DNA from: a virus
Taxonomy: Duplodnaviria > Caudoviricetes
Length of the DNA: 40,510 nt
Virus record (IMG/VR): IMGVR_UViG_3300004633_000007
Location: 1-40,510 of that record
Strand: one strand, 5' to 3'
The translations under genes were made by a program, and so were the position numbers. The notes beneath the pieces were generated by a model that searched no databases, had not been told where the DNA came from, and was given only the letters and a program-made list of their open reading frames with translations. Below are positions 1 to 10,092 of this stretch, piece after piece (position 1 is the first letter of the stretch; every line of letters begins with the position of its first letter).

Positions 1-98
1 TCGGCGTAGGTTTTGGAGAGGAACTGAAGGACCGAGGTGCGCCATTGGAGAGGAACTGAAGGGTCGAACGTCGACCACGGTGCTTTGGAGAGGAACTG
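1..98. repeat. Terminal overlap identical to 40413-40510 (circular assembly, ~40,412 bp genome)
   Basis: Exact 98-bp identity of both ends; gene order continues logically across the junction. The junction lies in a 114-bp tandem duplication, so copy number is uncertain. Confidence 0.85.
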
Positions 99-249
99 AA
101 GGGAATCGAGCCATTGTTGCACGGCGCAGTGACCGAAGCATTGGAGAGGAACTGAAGGAGGGTGTTCACGACGTCGGCGATATCGGGGTTCGTCGTAGTG
201 ACCGAAGCTTTGGAGAGGAACTGAAGGTCGAGCGGGTCTAGGTAACGTC
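15..249 (+). CRISPR. Degenerate CRISPR-like array, segment C2 (continues from 40313)
   Basis: Cores GGAGAGGAACTGAAGG at 15, 47, 87, 143, 212; fuller 36-nt repeats at 123-158 and 192-227; intervening sequences 16, 24, 20, 33 nt. Confidence 0.85.
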
Positions 250-804
250 ATGGCAACACCAGCCGCCCCTCGCGACAAGCACCCCGGAAAGTACCAGACC
301 CCGCGCGTCCCGATCCAAACGCCCATGTACGACGCCGCCGGCAACATGACGCGGACGTGGGTCATTTTCTTCGAGCGGCTGGCGAAGGTCACCGACGCGA
401 CCGTCGACCAGCTCGAGCAGAAAGGCGTCGTCACTGACGACTACGAAGAGGCGACCTTCGTGCTCTACGACACGACGATCGCCAGCAACGTCACGAACCT
501 GCTGCCGGTGCGGCGCGGCGGGACGCTGGTCGATTGCGAGATCGTGCCGAAGAACACGACCGCGGCGGCGTTTACGTGCGACATCTTCCGCACGCTGGTC
601 GGCAACGTATTCGGCTCGCGCACGTCGATCTTCGGGACGACGAAGCTTGTCGTGCCGAGCGGGACGGCGCAGGGCACGGTGATCAACCAGCCGGTGTTTG
701 CGAGTAACCCGTACAAGCTGTATGTGGATGACGTGCTGAGTATGGACATTACGGTAAGCGGCGGGGCGGATGTTTTTACTGTGGTCTTGAAGTGGAAGGT
801 GTGA
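250..804 (+). CDS. Putative virion (tail/neck) protein
   Basis: 184-aa ORF; follows the gp10-like gene on the circle; beta-rich C-terminus. Confidence 0.6.
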   Translation: MATPAAPRDKHPGKYQTPRVPIQTPMYDAAGNMTRTWVIFFERLAKVTDATVDQLEQKGVVTDDYEEATFVLYDTTIASNVTNLLPVRRGGTLVDCEIVPKNTTAAAFTCDIFRTLVGNVFGSRTSIFGTTKLVVPSGTAQGTVINQPVFASNPYKLYVDDVLSMDITVSGGADVFTVVLKWKV

Positions 805-805
805 C

Positions 806-2083
806 GTGGCGACATTCGATGTCGCCGTCCAGATTCCATTTAGCGATCCCGTGAACGGTTGGACCGTCGCAAGCTACGCGGCTTCCTACGGCCCGTGGGC
901 GGTCGGCAGCGCATTGTACTGCGCCGTGCTTGAGGCCACGTTTACCGGCCCGCTGCATGTGGCGCGTAGCCTCGACGGCGGCGTGTCATGGGCGTTGATG
1001 GACCCCACGCACGCGCCGGCGGGATGCCCGATGGTCGTCTTCGATCCGGCAACCAACAATATCACCAGTTGCGTGACCAGCCACGGCGGCGCGACCAACG
1101 GGTACAAGGTCAATGCGCTGCGCGACTTGGACTGCGCTAGCAATCTGTGGGGCTCGAATTACGCGACCGCCGGCGTTAGCGCCGCCTTCGACATAGCGGC
1201 GAAGGCCGGGATGGTCGTGAGATCGGATGGCTCGAAGGTATTGGTAGCTACCTGCAACGTCGCGTCTTCCGGCAGCCCGACCAAGAACACGCAGCAAGTC
1301 TATTTCGCGACCTGGAACGGAACGGCGTGGAGCGGCCCTATATGGGTAAGCGATAACACAACCATCAGCGGATCGACCAGCGCCACGGCGATCTCAGCGG
1401 TACTCGAGCCGTCCACGCAGAAGGTCCACGTCGTTTACGAGTACGACGATTTCAGCGGGGCGTCGAATGTATACACCTGGTATCACCGCACGATCTCATC
1501 CACCGGGACGCTCGGAACGATATCGACGGTAGACTCCTACACTTCGGGAGCTCCCAAATACGTATCCATCATGGGGCCGTGCGCCACGGTGTTATTCAAG
1601 GGCAACATCTACGTGCTCGGAATGTATAACACAGGTACATCGGCCAGCACGGTCTATGTGTGCTACTCGGCCTCGCTTGCCGCTACGCCGCCCTGGACGT
1701 TCACCAGGACGACTATTGCGCCGATGGCGTACGAGCAGTGGAAGGGAATCGCTGGATTCCTATCGCCTGATGGCAACACGCTTGAGGTACTCTTTCAGGA
1801 CGACCAGAACGGCGCGATCGGCGAGCGCGGATTAGCCATCCGGCTGTTTAAGACGACCAGCACAACGGGATCTAGTTGGACGACGCCCACGCTGTTCTGG
1901 GACGGCTGGCCCATCGACGAGGCGATGGAAGCGGTCAGCGCCGCTGACGCCGGCGGAAGCAACGGCATCGGCGGCATCGTCGCCTTCGGCTCGTTCAACT
2001 ACAACACCAATGTATTCGGAATCAACCGCATCACGCCGGGCGGCGCAGGCCCGATAGCACTGAAAAACTACGCATACCACTAA
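806..2083 (+). CDS. Putative beta-propeller (Asp-box/BNR) tail or receptor-binding protein
   Basis: Asp-box SLDGGVSW; S/T/G/W-rich; structural module context. Confidence 0.55.
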   Translation: MATFDVAVQIPFSDPVNGWTVASYAASYGPWAVGSALYCAVLEATFTGPLHVARSLDGGVSWALMDPTHAPAGCPMVVFDPATNNITSCVTSHGGATNGYKVNALRDLDCASNLWGSNYATAGVSAAFDIAAKAGMVVRSDGSKVLVATCNVASSGSPTKNTQQVYFATWNGTAWSGPIWVSDNTTISGSTSATAISAVLEPSTQKVHVVYEYDDFSGASNVYTWYHRTISSTGTLGTISTVDSYTSGAPKYVSIMGPCATVLFKGNIYVLGMYNTGTSASTVYVCYSASLAATPPWTFTRTTIAPMAYEQWKGIAGFLSPDGNTLEVLFQDDQNGAIGERGLAIRLFKTTSTTGSSWTTPTLFWDGWPIDEAMEAVSAADAGGSNGIGGIVAFGSFNYNTNVFGINRITPGGAGPIALKNYAYH

Positions 2084-2094
2084 AGGAATGTCGC

Positions 2095-3198
2095 ATGGCA
2101 ACGCTTCCATTGATGATCGGCGGCGCGGCAATCTCCGGCATCGGCAACTTCTACGCCGGACGCAAGATGGCCGGCGCGTACAAGACCGCCGGAACCACGC
2201 TCGCCAACGCGGCGAACAACGAGGCCGCGACCGCGCTGACCATTCCCGGCATGGTCAACCCGCTGCTCGCGTCCGCCTACGGCCAAGCGCAGCAGAGCGT
2301 GACCAGCGCGGCGGATACCGCGGGCGGCATCATTGAGGACCGCGCCAACCAGGCGCGCGCCGAGGCGATGGGCGCGGGGCGCGAGGCCGCGGGCTATCAG
2401 AACCCCTACATGGAAGCGGGCACGCGGTCGCTCGCTACCTTGAGCGATCTCGTCAATGCGCCGGCGGCGACCTTCGACCCAACGCAGGTCACGATGGACC
2501 CGTCATTCGCCTTTCGCATGGCGCAGGGCACGCAGGCGCTCCAGAAAAGCGCCGCGGCGCGCGGCGGGCTGATGGGCGGCGGGACCATGAAAGCCCTGAC
2601 GAACTATTCGCAGGGACTCGCCTCGACCGAATACGCCAACGCCTATGACCGGGCGTTACGGACGTTCCAGGCCAATCAGGGGGCGAGACAGACGCAGTTG
2701 GCGAATCTGACCAACCTCGTCAATACCGGATCGACGGCGGCGACGCGCGCGGGCGAAGACATCGTAGGCACAACCGAGTATGGCGGCACGACGGCGCTTC
2801 AGGGCGCGACCACGAGCGGCCAACTGCGCACGCAGGCGGCGCGGGAATCCGCCGATTACGGCGTCCAGGGCGAGACGGCGCAGGTCCAGAACATCCTGCA
2901 AGCGCAGGACATCGCACGCCAGGCGCGGCTCGGGGCGGCGCAGGCGACCGCCGAGAGCCAGATGGGCGCGGCGGGAGCGGGCGCACAGGCGTTCAGCGGG
3001 CTGACGGGCGCAATCGGCGGCGGGATGACGCTGGCCGGGATGGCGGGGGCGAAGCTGCCGGGATTCGGCAGCCTACCGAGTCCGATGACGGCGGCGCGAA
3101 CGTTGCCGTACGGCAACGCGGCGGCGCGCAACCTCGCGCTTACGTTGCCCCCAATCTCGTACGGCGGCGGCGATTATGTTTCAGGGATGGGCTTTTAG
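2095..3198 (+). CDS. DNA transfer/ejection (pilot) protein
   Basis: A/G/Q-rich; motif DPSFAFRMAQG..ALQKSAAARGGLMGG..KAL typical of podoviral ejection proteins. Confidence 0.7.
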   Translation: MATLPLMIGGAAISGIGNFYAGRKMAGAYKTAGTTLANAANNEAATALTIPGMVNPLLASAYGQAQQSVTSAADTAGGIIEDRANQARAEAMGAGREAAGYQNPYMEAGTRSLATLSDLVNAPAATFDPTQVTMDPSFAFRMAQGTQALQKSAAARGGLMGGGTMKALTNYSQGLASTEYANAYDRALRTFQANQGARQTQLANLTNLVNTGSTAATRAGEDIVGTTEYGGTTALQGATTSGQLRTQAARESADYGVQGETAQVQNILQAQDIARQARLGAAQATAESQMGAAGAGAQAFSGLTGAIGGGMTLAGMAGAKLPGFGSLPSPMTAARTLPYGNAAARNLALTLPPISYGGGDYVSGMGF

Positions 3199-3207
3199 GA
3201 GCAAACC

Positions 3208-5280
3208 GTGGGCAGTTTAGGCGTATTCAATCCATCATTCCTCGGCCGCGCGCCGCAGTTGCCGGCGGCTCCCGATCCGCTTGAAACCTACGGGCGGGCG
3301 CTGTCGCTTCAGGCGATGATGGCGCAGCGGGAGCTGCGGGCGCAGCAGTTGAAGCAGGAGCAGTATCAATTGCAACGGTTGCAGGATCAGGCAGAACAGC
3401 GACGCAATCTCTCATCACTGATCGCGCGCACGCAAAACTTGAATGATCCTGAATTCCAACGGCAGGCGTATCTGACTGCGCCAGACGTCGCACCGCCGAT
3501 TCTCCAGAATATCTACGCAGGACAGAAAGAACAGGAGCAGACAAAACAGGCGTCGGCGGCCACAAGATTATCGGAAGCCGAAACGGATCTGAAACGGCTG
3601 GATCAGCGCAGCAAATATCAAAAGCAGTGGGGTGAAAACCTACTGGCGCTATCGAAGATTGCCGCCGCTGATCAACGACGAAATGCTTTTCTGAGTTACC
3701 TGCCACATGCAGTCAAAAATAATCTGATCACTCAGCAGCAATCCGATGAGTGGAGCAACCTGCCGGGACTCCCGACGCCTGATGTGCTGACGTCCGAGAT
3801 CCAGCGCAATATCGGCGGCGCAGGCATGGACGAGTGGCGCATCAAGGAGTTACAGGTCGCCCAGGAGCAAGCTAAACAGGAACAGTCGCTGATCACGTCA
3901 GCGGCGCGTGACGCCCAGTCACTAGGGGACCAGCCCACGCAGGACGAATGGAACATCTTTGTCGCCAAGCACCCTGAGGTCGCGTCCAAATTGCCGCCGT
4001 TCGGCGTAGGCGCGATGAGCCCGACCAAGACCCTGCAACGCATGGCGATGACGGCGGCGGAACTGACGACGGCGCAGGGACAGGCGGAAGAACGCGCCAC
4101 CAAACAGCAAGAACTGGAACTCAAACGGCAGGAACTCGCTGCCAAGGAAGACCCCCTCGGCCTATTCAGGACTGCGCCGGGAGCGCCAGCGGCAGCGCCG
4201 GGAGCCGCTCCGACCGCAAGCGGCGCGCCCGTCCAGTTATCGCCCATGGCGGGGCAGATCGCGAATTTCGAAGGCTATAACAAGCCTGGTTCGGTGGCCC
4301 AGCGCAACAATAATCCCGGCAACCTGCGCGATGCGCCGACTGCTATCGGCCACGACAAGGACGGCTACGCGATCTTTCGCACGCCGCAGGACGGCGCGGC
4401 GGCGCTCGAAGCGCAGATCCGGCGCAACGCCGATAAGGGGCTGACGTTCAACGAATTCTTCGCCGGCAAGCCGGGAGTGTATCCGGGCTATGCGCCCGCG
4501 TCCGACCGCAATGATCCGGCGGCCTACGCAAAGACGGTCGCTACGAATCTCGGCGTTGATCCGACGGCGAAGGTATCGGATGTTGTCGGGGGCGCGCCTA
4601 CGGTCGCGCCGCAGCAGGGCGCGGGAGTTCCTTATTTCGGCAACCTGCACGGCGACACATTCCTTCAGGCGCTGCCGGGCGGGATCAACGGCCCGCTGGC
4701 GGCGAGGGTCAAGGACACCTATGCAGGAAACCTCGAACTCAAGGACGATACCGCGGGACGGCAGATGTACGCGCTGGTGAAGCAGTACAATCCGGACTTT
4801 AATCCCGGACAGAAGCCTCTCGGGGAGGATGCGATCAAACGCATATCTGACGATGAGACGGGCATTCAAGCACTGCAGAAACTTCGTGCAACGCTCGACA
4901 AAAACAAGGAATTTCTAGGTCCGATCGCCGGACTCCATGCCCTTATTCCCGGCTCCAAAGCGCAAACGGTAAGAGCCGAGGTTAACCAAGTAAAGCAACT
5001 TGTAGGCAAAGCATTAGAAGGCGGCGTCCTGCGCAAAGAAGACGAGGAGAAATACAAGGAGATTCTCCCGATCATGTTCGATAAGCCGCAAATTGCTCTC
5101 GACAAGGCCGATATGTTGATCGCCAGCCTGCAGCAGCGATTGAATATCTACAAGCAGGAGCAGCGCAAGGCGGGACGGCGGGTGGATATGACGCCGCAGT
5201 CCCCAACGCCGGCAGCTACTCCGGGCGTCGAAATCTGGGGCCGAGATAAGAACGGCAAACTCGCAAGGATGAGTCCATAA
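3208..5280 (+). CDS. DNA ejection protein with internal lysozyme-like domain
   Basis: Q-rich helical protein; RNNNPGNLR..F.TPQDG..A..YAP..ND..AY motif of virion muramidases. Confidence 0.7.
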   Translation: MGSLGVFNPSFLGRAPQLPAAPDPLETYGRALSLQAMMAQRELRAQQLKQEQYQLQRLQDQAEQRRNLSSLIARTQNLNDPEFQRQAYLTAPDVAPPILQNIYAGQKEQEQTKQASAATRLSEAETDLKRLDQRSKYQKQWGENLLALSKIAAADQRRNAFLSYLPHAVKNNLITQQQSDEWSNLPGLPTPDVLTSEIQRNIGGAGMDEWRIKELQVAQEQAKQEQSLITSAARDAQSLGDQPTQDEWNIFVAKHPEVASKLPPFGVGAMSPTKTLQRMAMTAAELTTAQGQAEERATKQQELELKRQELAAKEDPLGLFRTAPGAPAAAPGAAPTASGAPVQLSPMAGQIANFEGYNKPGSVAQRNNNPGNLRDAPTAIGHDKDGYAIFRTPQDGAAALEAQIRRNADKGLTFNEFFAGKPGVYPGYAPASDRNDPAAYAKTVATNLGVDPTAKVSDVVGGAPTVAPQQGAGVPYFGNLHGDTFLQALPGGINGPLAARVKDTYAGNLELKDDTAGRQMYALVKQYNPDFNPGQKPLGEDAIKRISDDETGIQALQKLRATLDKNKEFLGPIAGLHALIPGSKAQTVRAEVNQVKQLVGKALEGGVLRKEDEEKYKEILPIMFDKPQIALDKADMLIASLQQRLNIYKQEQRKAGRRVDMTPQSPTPAATPGVEIWGRDKNGKLARMSP

Positions 5281-5281
5281 C

Positions 5282-6841
5282 ATGCCGCGCACAATTCAGT
5301 ACCAGGGCCGCACGATCCAGTTTCCTGACGACGCCACCGATGACGAGATCAGGAGCGCGCTAGAGCCGAAGCCAGAGCCTAGCTTCGGCGAGACATTTCT
5401 ACAGACCGGAGCGGATCTCGCTGAAGGAGCGAAAAAAGGTCTAGGATCTACCGTCTATCACGCAGGCGACCTCATACGCCGTGGCGAGATCGGTATCGCT
5501 GATGCGCTTGGCGTCGATGTGAATAAGATTCCTGAGGGCGTGCGCAGTTTCTTCGGATTGGACCGCGTTATCCAGAAGCCGGAAGTTCAGGAAGCCATCA
5601 CACCCGTCGGCATGCCTCAGAAGATCGGCTACGGCGCAGAGAAACTCGCTGAATTTGCGCTTCCGGGCGGAACGATCAGTAAGGCCGGCGCGGCGGTCAC
5701 CACGGGTGCTACAACTGCGAAGGCGTTGCAGATCGCAGGACAGGCAGGCAGCGAAGCGGCGGCAGCGGCGACCATCGCAGGAATGCAAACCGGCGGCGAT
5801 ACCGAGGCGATGAAAGAGGCCGCTCTCACCGCTGGCGTAACCAGCGGGGCTCTAGGAGCGGCTGGCGAAGTAGCCGGACCCGTTTCCGGCTACCTCAAAC
5901 AAGCCGCCCGTGAGCAATACAGCCGCGTGCTGAATCCCACCAAGCAGGGACTGAAATATATATCTCAGACTGAAGTCGTTCCGGGCCTGCTGGAACGCCG
6001 CGTCGTACCTGCCACGTTGAAAACGCTTCAGGGCAGGGCAGGGCAGGAAGTTCAAAAATGGGGACAGGCCATCAGCGATCAGTTCGACAACCTGCCGCCG
6101 GGAACCGCCGTCGATCTGAAGTCCGTATTGGCTCCCTTGTCATCCGCGGCCGAAGATCTGAATATTATCACGTCATCGGGAAAGGCCATTCCGAAGAGTC
6201 CCTATGCCAAACAGGCGATCGACAACATCGCCGATATGAAGCAGACGCTAACGGACGTGGCCGAAGTCAATCCCGCTACGGGCGAACTGGAGGTTCCGGT
6301 AGACCGATTGCGGACACTGCGCCAGTACTTCGACAAAGTGGCCGCACGCGCAGGACGCTATCAGGGAACTTCGCTCGCCGAACAGAACATGGCCGAAGCG
6401 CATGGCCTGGCCGCCGATGCGATCCGCGGCGAGCTGGCAAAGGCCTATCCCGATATCGCCGCAATGAACAAGGAGTACACCTTCTGGAAGAATGCGCTGG
6501 ACGTCGCCAACTCGACCCTGCTGAGAAGAGAAGGACAGGCCCGGCCGCTCGGCAGGAAAATAGCGGGCGCGATCGGCGCAGGCGTGGGATTCGCAAAGGC
6601 TGGCCCCGTAGGTTTGCCGCTCGGTAAAGTCGCAATGGACACTTTCGAGAGAGTCACCACGAGCCCCTACTGGAATGCCGCCAATGCGGTTATGAAAGAC
6701 CGGCTGGCGGATGCGCTGGCGAGCGGGAATCGCGGCGCGGCGGAATTCTATCTGGGACGAATAGCGGCGGCGATACCGAACCTCACTCCTCGTCCTTCGG
6801 AGGCGACTCCGGTACGTAACGGTATGCCATCCGCGCAGTGA
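5282..6841 (+). CDS. DNA ejection protein (third internal virion protein)
   Basis: A/G-rich helical 519 aa; N-terminal FPDDATDDEI motif; last gene of the late operon. Confidence 0.6.
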   Translation: MPRTIQYQGRTIQFPDDATDDEIRSALEPKPEPSFGETFLQTGADLAEGAKKGLGSTVYHAGDLIRRGEIGIADALGVDVNKIPEGVRSFFGLDRVIQKPEVQEAITPVGMPQKIGYGAEKLAEFALPGGTISKAGAAVTTGATTAKALQIAGQAGSEAAAAATIAGMQTGGDTEAMKEAALTAGVTSGALGAAGEVAGPVSGYLKQAAREQYSRVLNPTKQGLKYISQTEVVPGLLERRVVPATLKTLQGRAGQEVQKWGQAISDQFDNLPPGTAVDLKSVLAPLSSAAEDLNIITSSGKAIPKSPYAKQAIDNIADMKQTLTDVAEVNPATGELEVPVDRLRTLRQYFDKVAARAGRYQGTSLAEQNMAEAHGLAADAIRGELAKAYPDIAAMNKEYTFWKNALDVANSTLLRREGQARPLGRKIAGAIGAGVGFAKAGPVGLPLGKVAMDTFERVTTSPYWNAANAVMKDRLADALASGNRGAAEFYLGRIAAAIPNLTPRPSEATPVRNGMPSAQ

Positions 6842-7142
6842 TGATCAGGGGCAGGACAGCGTATCTTGTCAACCGGTTGACGTCCGCGTCCTTGGGCGCA
6901 TAGCAAACGATCCAGGGCAACGCAACGCACATCCACAGAAAACTGATGATCGTGCAGATGCGCCAGAACCTGTGCAGCGAATGCGCGATAGTTTTGGCGA
7001 CGCCCCAGAACGCCCAGAGGAACAACGCACATCCGGTGATGACGCTTCCGGCCCGATCGTCGAAAAAACCCAGCCATATCAGAAAATAAATCGAAGCCGT
7101 GAACAAGACCGGCTTCACCATGAACTTCAGGAAACCCTTCAT
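6783..7142 (-). CDS. Small multi-pass membrane protein (possible exclusion moron)
   Basis: Three or four hydrophobic segments in 119 aa; convergent to the ejection genes. Confidence 0.5.
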   Translation of the reverse strand: MKGFLKFMVKPVLFTASIYFLIWLGFFDDRAGSVITGCALFLWAFWGVAKTIAHSLHRFWRICTIISFLWMCVALPWIVCYAPKDADVNRLTRYAVLPLIITARMAYRYVPESPPKDEE

Positions 7143-7277
7143 TGAGTAGTTCTTCCCTTACTTATCGGCACGCTACCTTTGCGCCCTGATCGTTACGGCA
7201 CAGATGCGCCAAATATAAGCCAGATAAGCAGCATTATCTGTCTTTGGAGTCCCGCTCGAGCTTTTCCACGCGCCCCA

Positions 7278-7502
7278 TCAGCTCGCGGATCTGCCGCTCC
7301 TGCCTGGCCTGCGATTCGAGCACGCCTCGCGGCATAGCAACGCCATCTCGATCTCGTAATCGTGCAGCCCGAGCAGGTCAAACTCCAGGTCGGGCTTCGG
7401 CCAGTGGCGCCCACGCAGGCCGTGGCCCATGACGCGCCAGCGGCAGGCGAGCCAGACGGGGGCCAGGCGGATCAGGAATTCGCGTTGCAGTTTGCGGCTC
7501 AT
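7278..7502 (-). CDS. Hypothetical protein
   Basis: 74-aa ORF starting directly after the helicase-MTase stop. Confidence 0.4.
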   Translation of the reverse strand: MSRKLQREFLIRLAPVWLACRWRVMGHGLRGRHWPKPDLEFDLLGLHDYEIEMALLCREACSNRRPGRSGRSAS

Positions 7503-9740
7503 TTACTCCTCCATCAGCTCCACTTCGTCAGTTCCGCTGAAGAGCGCATCCTGCGTCGTCGATTTCGCGACCCGCAGATTCGCAACCGCCTGTTTGAAGT
7601 AACTCTCCTTCAACTCGATCCCGATAAAGCGCCGTCCCTTCCGCAGTGCGATGTAGCCTTCTGAGCCGATACCGGCGAAGGGAGACAGCACGATATCGCC
7701 GGGATTCGACCATAGCTCGATGCATCGCTCAATGACTTCGAGTTGCAATGGGCAGATATGGCGCTCGTCCTTCTCCTCGCGCGCTGAGCGATGCTGCAAG
7801 GTCTTCGACGGATTGATGTCCATCCAGACCGGCGAAGCATAGCGTTGCCACAGTTGCACCGGGAATCCATTCGGCGTCTTCGTGATGGGATCAGGATTGA
7901 CGCCCGGCTTCCGCATGGTCACGACATAATCGGGGATTCCCTGCCGCGACATCGCCGAGTCTTTCTTGAGTTGCTTGTACAGCAACCCGATCGCCTTGGT
8001 GCGCTGCATGGCCGTGACCGGGTCTTTCCAGATCACGACTTCGGAATGATAAATGAATCCGGCCCGCTGATAATAGCGGATCAATTCGCCGCGGAAGTCC
8101 TGAATGCCGATAACGCCGTGCTTCTCTTTCGTCAGCGGCATATTCATGCAGTGGAACGATAGCAGCCGCCCCGGCTTCAGCGTGCGGAACTGCTCGGCGA
8201 TCAGATATTCGTAATGCTTTTCGAACTCGGCATAATTCCGCGCATTGCCCATGTCGCGCTCTGAGTTGCTGTATGTGTACAACGTCGAAAACGGCGGCGA
8301 GAAAATCGAGTAATCGATGGAGTCGCTATCCATCATTCGCATCACTTCGACGCAGTCACCCTGATAGGCGTCATACTGATCGCCGTGCGACTCGGCGGTG
8401 ATGTATTTATCTCGCACGTGCGACTGGCGCGTCAGATTCTCGCGAGTAGTATCCTTCATGTGCTCAATCATTCCTTCGGCCATTTCAGCGGCCTGTTTCT
8501 CTTTGCGTTCGATGTTGCGCACGACTGCGCCTTCCGTCTCGGCGGTAATCACATGGCAGTGGACTTCGCGCCGCTGGCCGAACCTCCAGGAACGTCTCAC
8601 AGCTTGATAAAACTGCTCATAACTATCGGAAAGCCCGACGAATACCATGTCAGCGCAATGCTGGAGGTTCAATCCGAAGCCGCAAATGGTAGGCTTTGAG
8701 ATGAGAACGCGGGCGCGGCCGTCGATGAAATCGAGCATCGCGCGTTCCTTGAATTCCGGCGAGTCGGAGCCCGTCACCTCGACTGCATCGGGAATCGCCT
8801 CGGCCAGCGCTTCGCTCTCGCTGTTCAGGTTGCACCAGACAAGCCACGGATCTTCAGAAGCATTCACCAAGGCTGCGCATTCGGCTACCCGCTCCTCGAT
8901 CGAATCGCGCCGCGCCGCATTGCGCTCCTGAAGCGTCTGCGCCTCGACACTGAACAGAAACCCTTCGCTGATCTGGTTCGCCTCGACGGTATGCTGATAC
9001 ATCTTGAGATCCGGCAGGATAAATCCGTCATCGTCGAATCCCAGATCGGACGGCCGGCGAATGCATACCGCCCACGACGCAACCCAATTCCAGAACTTAT
9101 CGACGGCGTGGCCCTTCAGACGCCATTTCGACGTGTCGCCGCCATCATGGACAAAGAACGTCGCCAGCATATCCGGCGTCTTCATGACATCCAGAAATTC
9201 GGCGTGATTGCCGAGTTCCATGTAATCGTTGGGCGCAGGCGTCGCGGTGCACGCCAGGCGGAACGGGATCACGCTCGCGAATTCCGTCAGCGCCTTGCGC
9301 GTCTTACCGTCGAAGCCTTTCAGAATGCTCGATTCATCGAGCACGATCCCGCCGAACTGCGACGCATCTCCGAACAGATGCATCTTTTCGTAGTTCGTGA
9401 TCCAGACGCCCGCCTGATCAATGTCCGATTGGCGATCGGCGCGATGGACGTCCACGCCGAACTTGCAGCCCTCGCGGATCGTCTGCGCCGATACGGCCAA
9501 TGGCGCAACAATGAGCACCGGCATTCCGGTATGCGCGACAACGTGACGCGCCCATTCCAACTGTTGCGGCGTCTTCCCGAGCCCGCAATCCTCAAACAAC
9601 GCTGCCTTGCCGCGGCATAGCGCCCATCGGACGATGGCTTGCTGGAACGGGAATAACATCCCGTTTATCTCGCCGTGGTCATCGATGCCGGCTGTCGGCG
9701 CGACGATGCGTTTAGTTTCCAGGAAGTCTGCGTAGTTCAT
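7503..9740 (-). CDS. SNF2-like helicase fused to beta-class N4/N6 DNA methyltransferase
   Basis: Walker A GLGKT, DESS, TATP, GLNLQ, QAVRRSWRFGQ; C-terminal SPPF (motif IV) before SPFAGIGS (motif I). Confidence 0.9.
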   Translation of the reverse strand: MNYADFLETKRIVAPTAGIDDHGEINGMLFPFQQAIVRWALCRGKAALFEDCGLGKTPQQLEWARHVVAHTGMPVLIVAPLAVSAQTIREGCKFGVDVHRADRQSDIDQAGVWITNYEKMHLFGDASQFGGIVLDESSILKGFDGKTRKALTEFASVIPFRLACTATPAPNDYMELGNHAEFLDVMKTPDMLATFFVHDGGDTSKWRLKGHAVDKFWNWVASWAVCIRRPSDLGFDDDGFILPDLKMYQHTVEANQISEGFLFSVEAQTLQERNAARRDSIEERVAECAALVNASEDPWLVWCNLNSESEALAEAIPDAVEVTGSDSPEFKERAMLDFIDGRARVLISKPTICGFGLNLQHCADMVFVGLSDSYEQFYQAVRRSWRFGQRREVHCHVITAETEGAVVRNIERKEKQAAEMAEGMIEHMKDTTRENLTRQSHVRDKYITAESHGDQYDAYQGDCVEVMRMMDSDSIDYSIFSPPFSTLYTYSNSERDMGNARNYAEFEKHYEYLIAEQFRTLKPGRLLSFHCMNMPLTKEKHGVIGIQDFRGELIRYYQRAGFIYHSEVVIWKDPVTAMQRTKAIGLLYKQLKKDSAMSRQGIPDYVVTMRKPGVNPDPITKTPNGFPVQLWQRYASPVWMDINPSKTLQHRSAREEKDERHICPLQLEVIERCIELWSNPGDIVLSPFAGIGSEGYIALRKGRRFIGIELKESYFKQAVANLRVAKSTTQDALFSGTDEVELMEE

Positions 9741-9754
9741 CGCTTAAGTCTCGT

Positions 9755-9925
9755 TCACTTAGCCGCCGCCTTCTCCTTTTTCCCCGCCTTTACCGACCTC
9801 GTTGCTTTCCGCCCGGCCCACGCCGGCGTATCCCATCGTCCCTGATGGCATACGGGACATTGCGACGGGCGTTCTTGAATCCTCGATGTCCACTCATGGC
9901 CGCACCTAAGACATTTGCAATGCAT
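9755..9925 (-). CDS. 56-aa Zn-ribbon protein (candidate regulator); not in ORF track
   Basis: Hand translation MHCKCLRCGHEWTSRIQERPSQCPVCHQGRW...; first gene left of the divergent promoter region. Confidence 0.6.
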   Translation of the reverse strand: MHCKCLRCGHEWTSRIQERPSQCPVCHQGRWDTPAWAGRKATRSVKAGKKEKAAAK

Positions 9926-10007
9926 ACGACATCATCATACTATCCATACCGATATTTTTCTAGCCCCCTTCACTGTTTTATTTTTATTGACTCCCTTCAC
10001 TTTTTTG

Positions 10008-10036
10008 TTGACTCCAGTAGTTCATCATCATATACT
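10008..10036 (+). promoter_or_regulatory. Sigma70-type promoter of the early rightward operon
   Basis: TTGACT-17bp-TATACT in AT-rich intergenic DNA. Confidence 0.75.
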
Positions 10037-10092
10037 TATCTTGTAAGCAAATAAAACGTCAAGCGGACGAAAAACGCAGAGGGAATTTTAGA

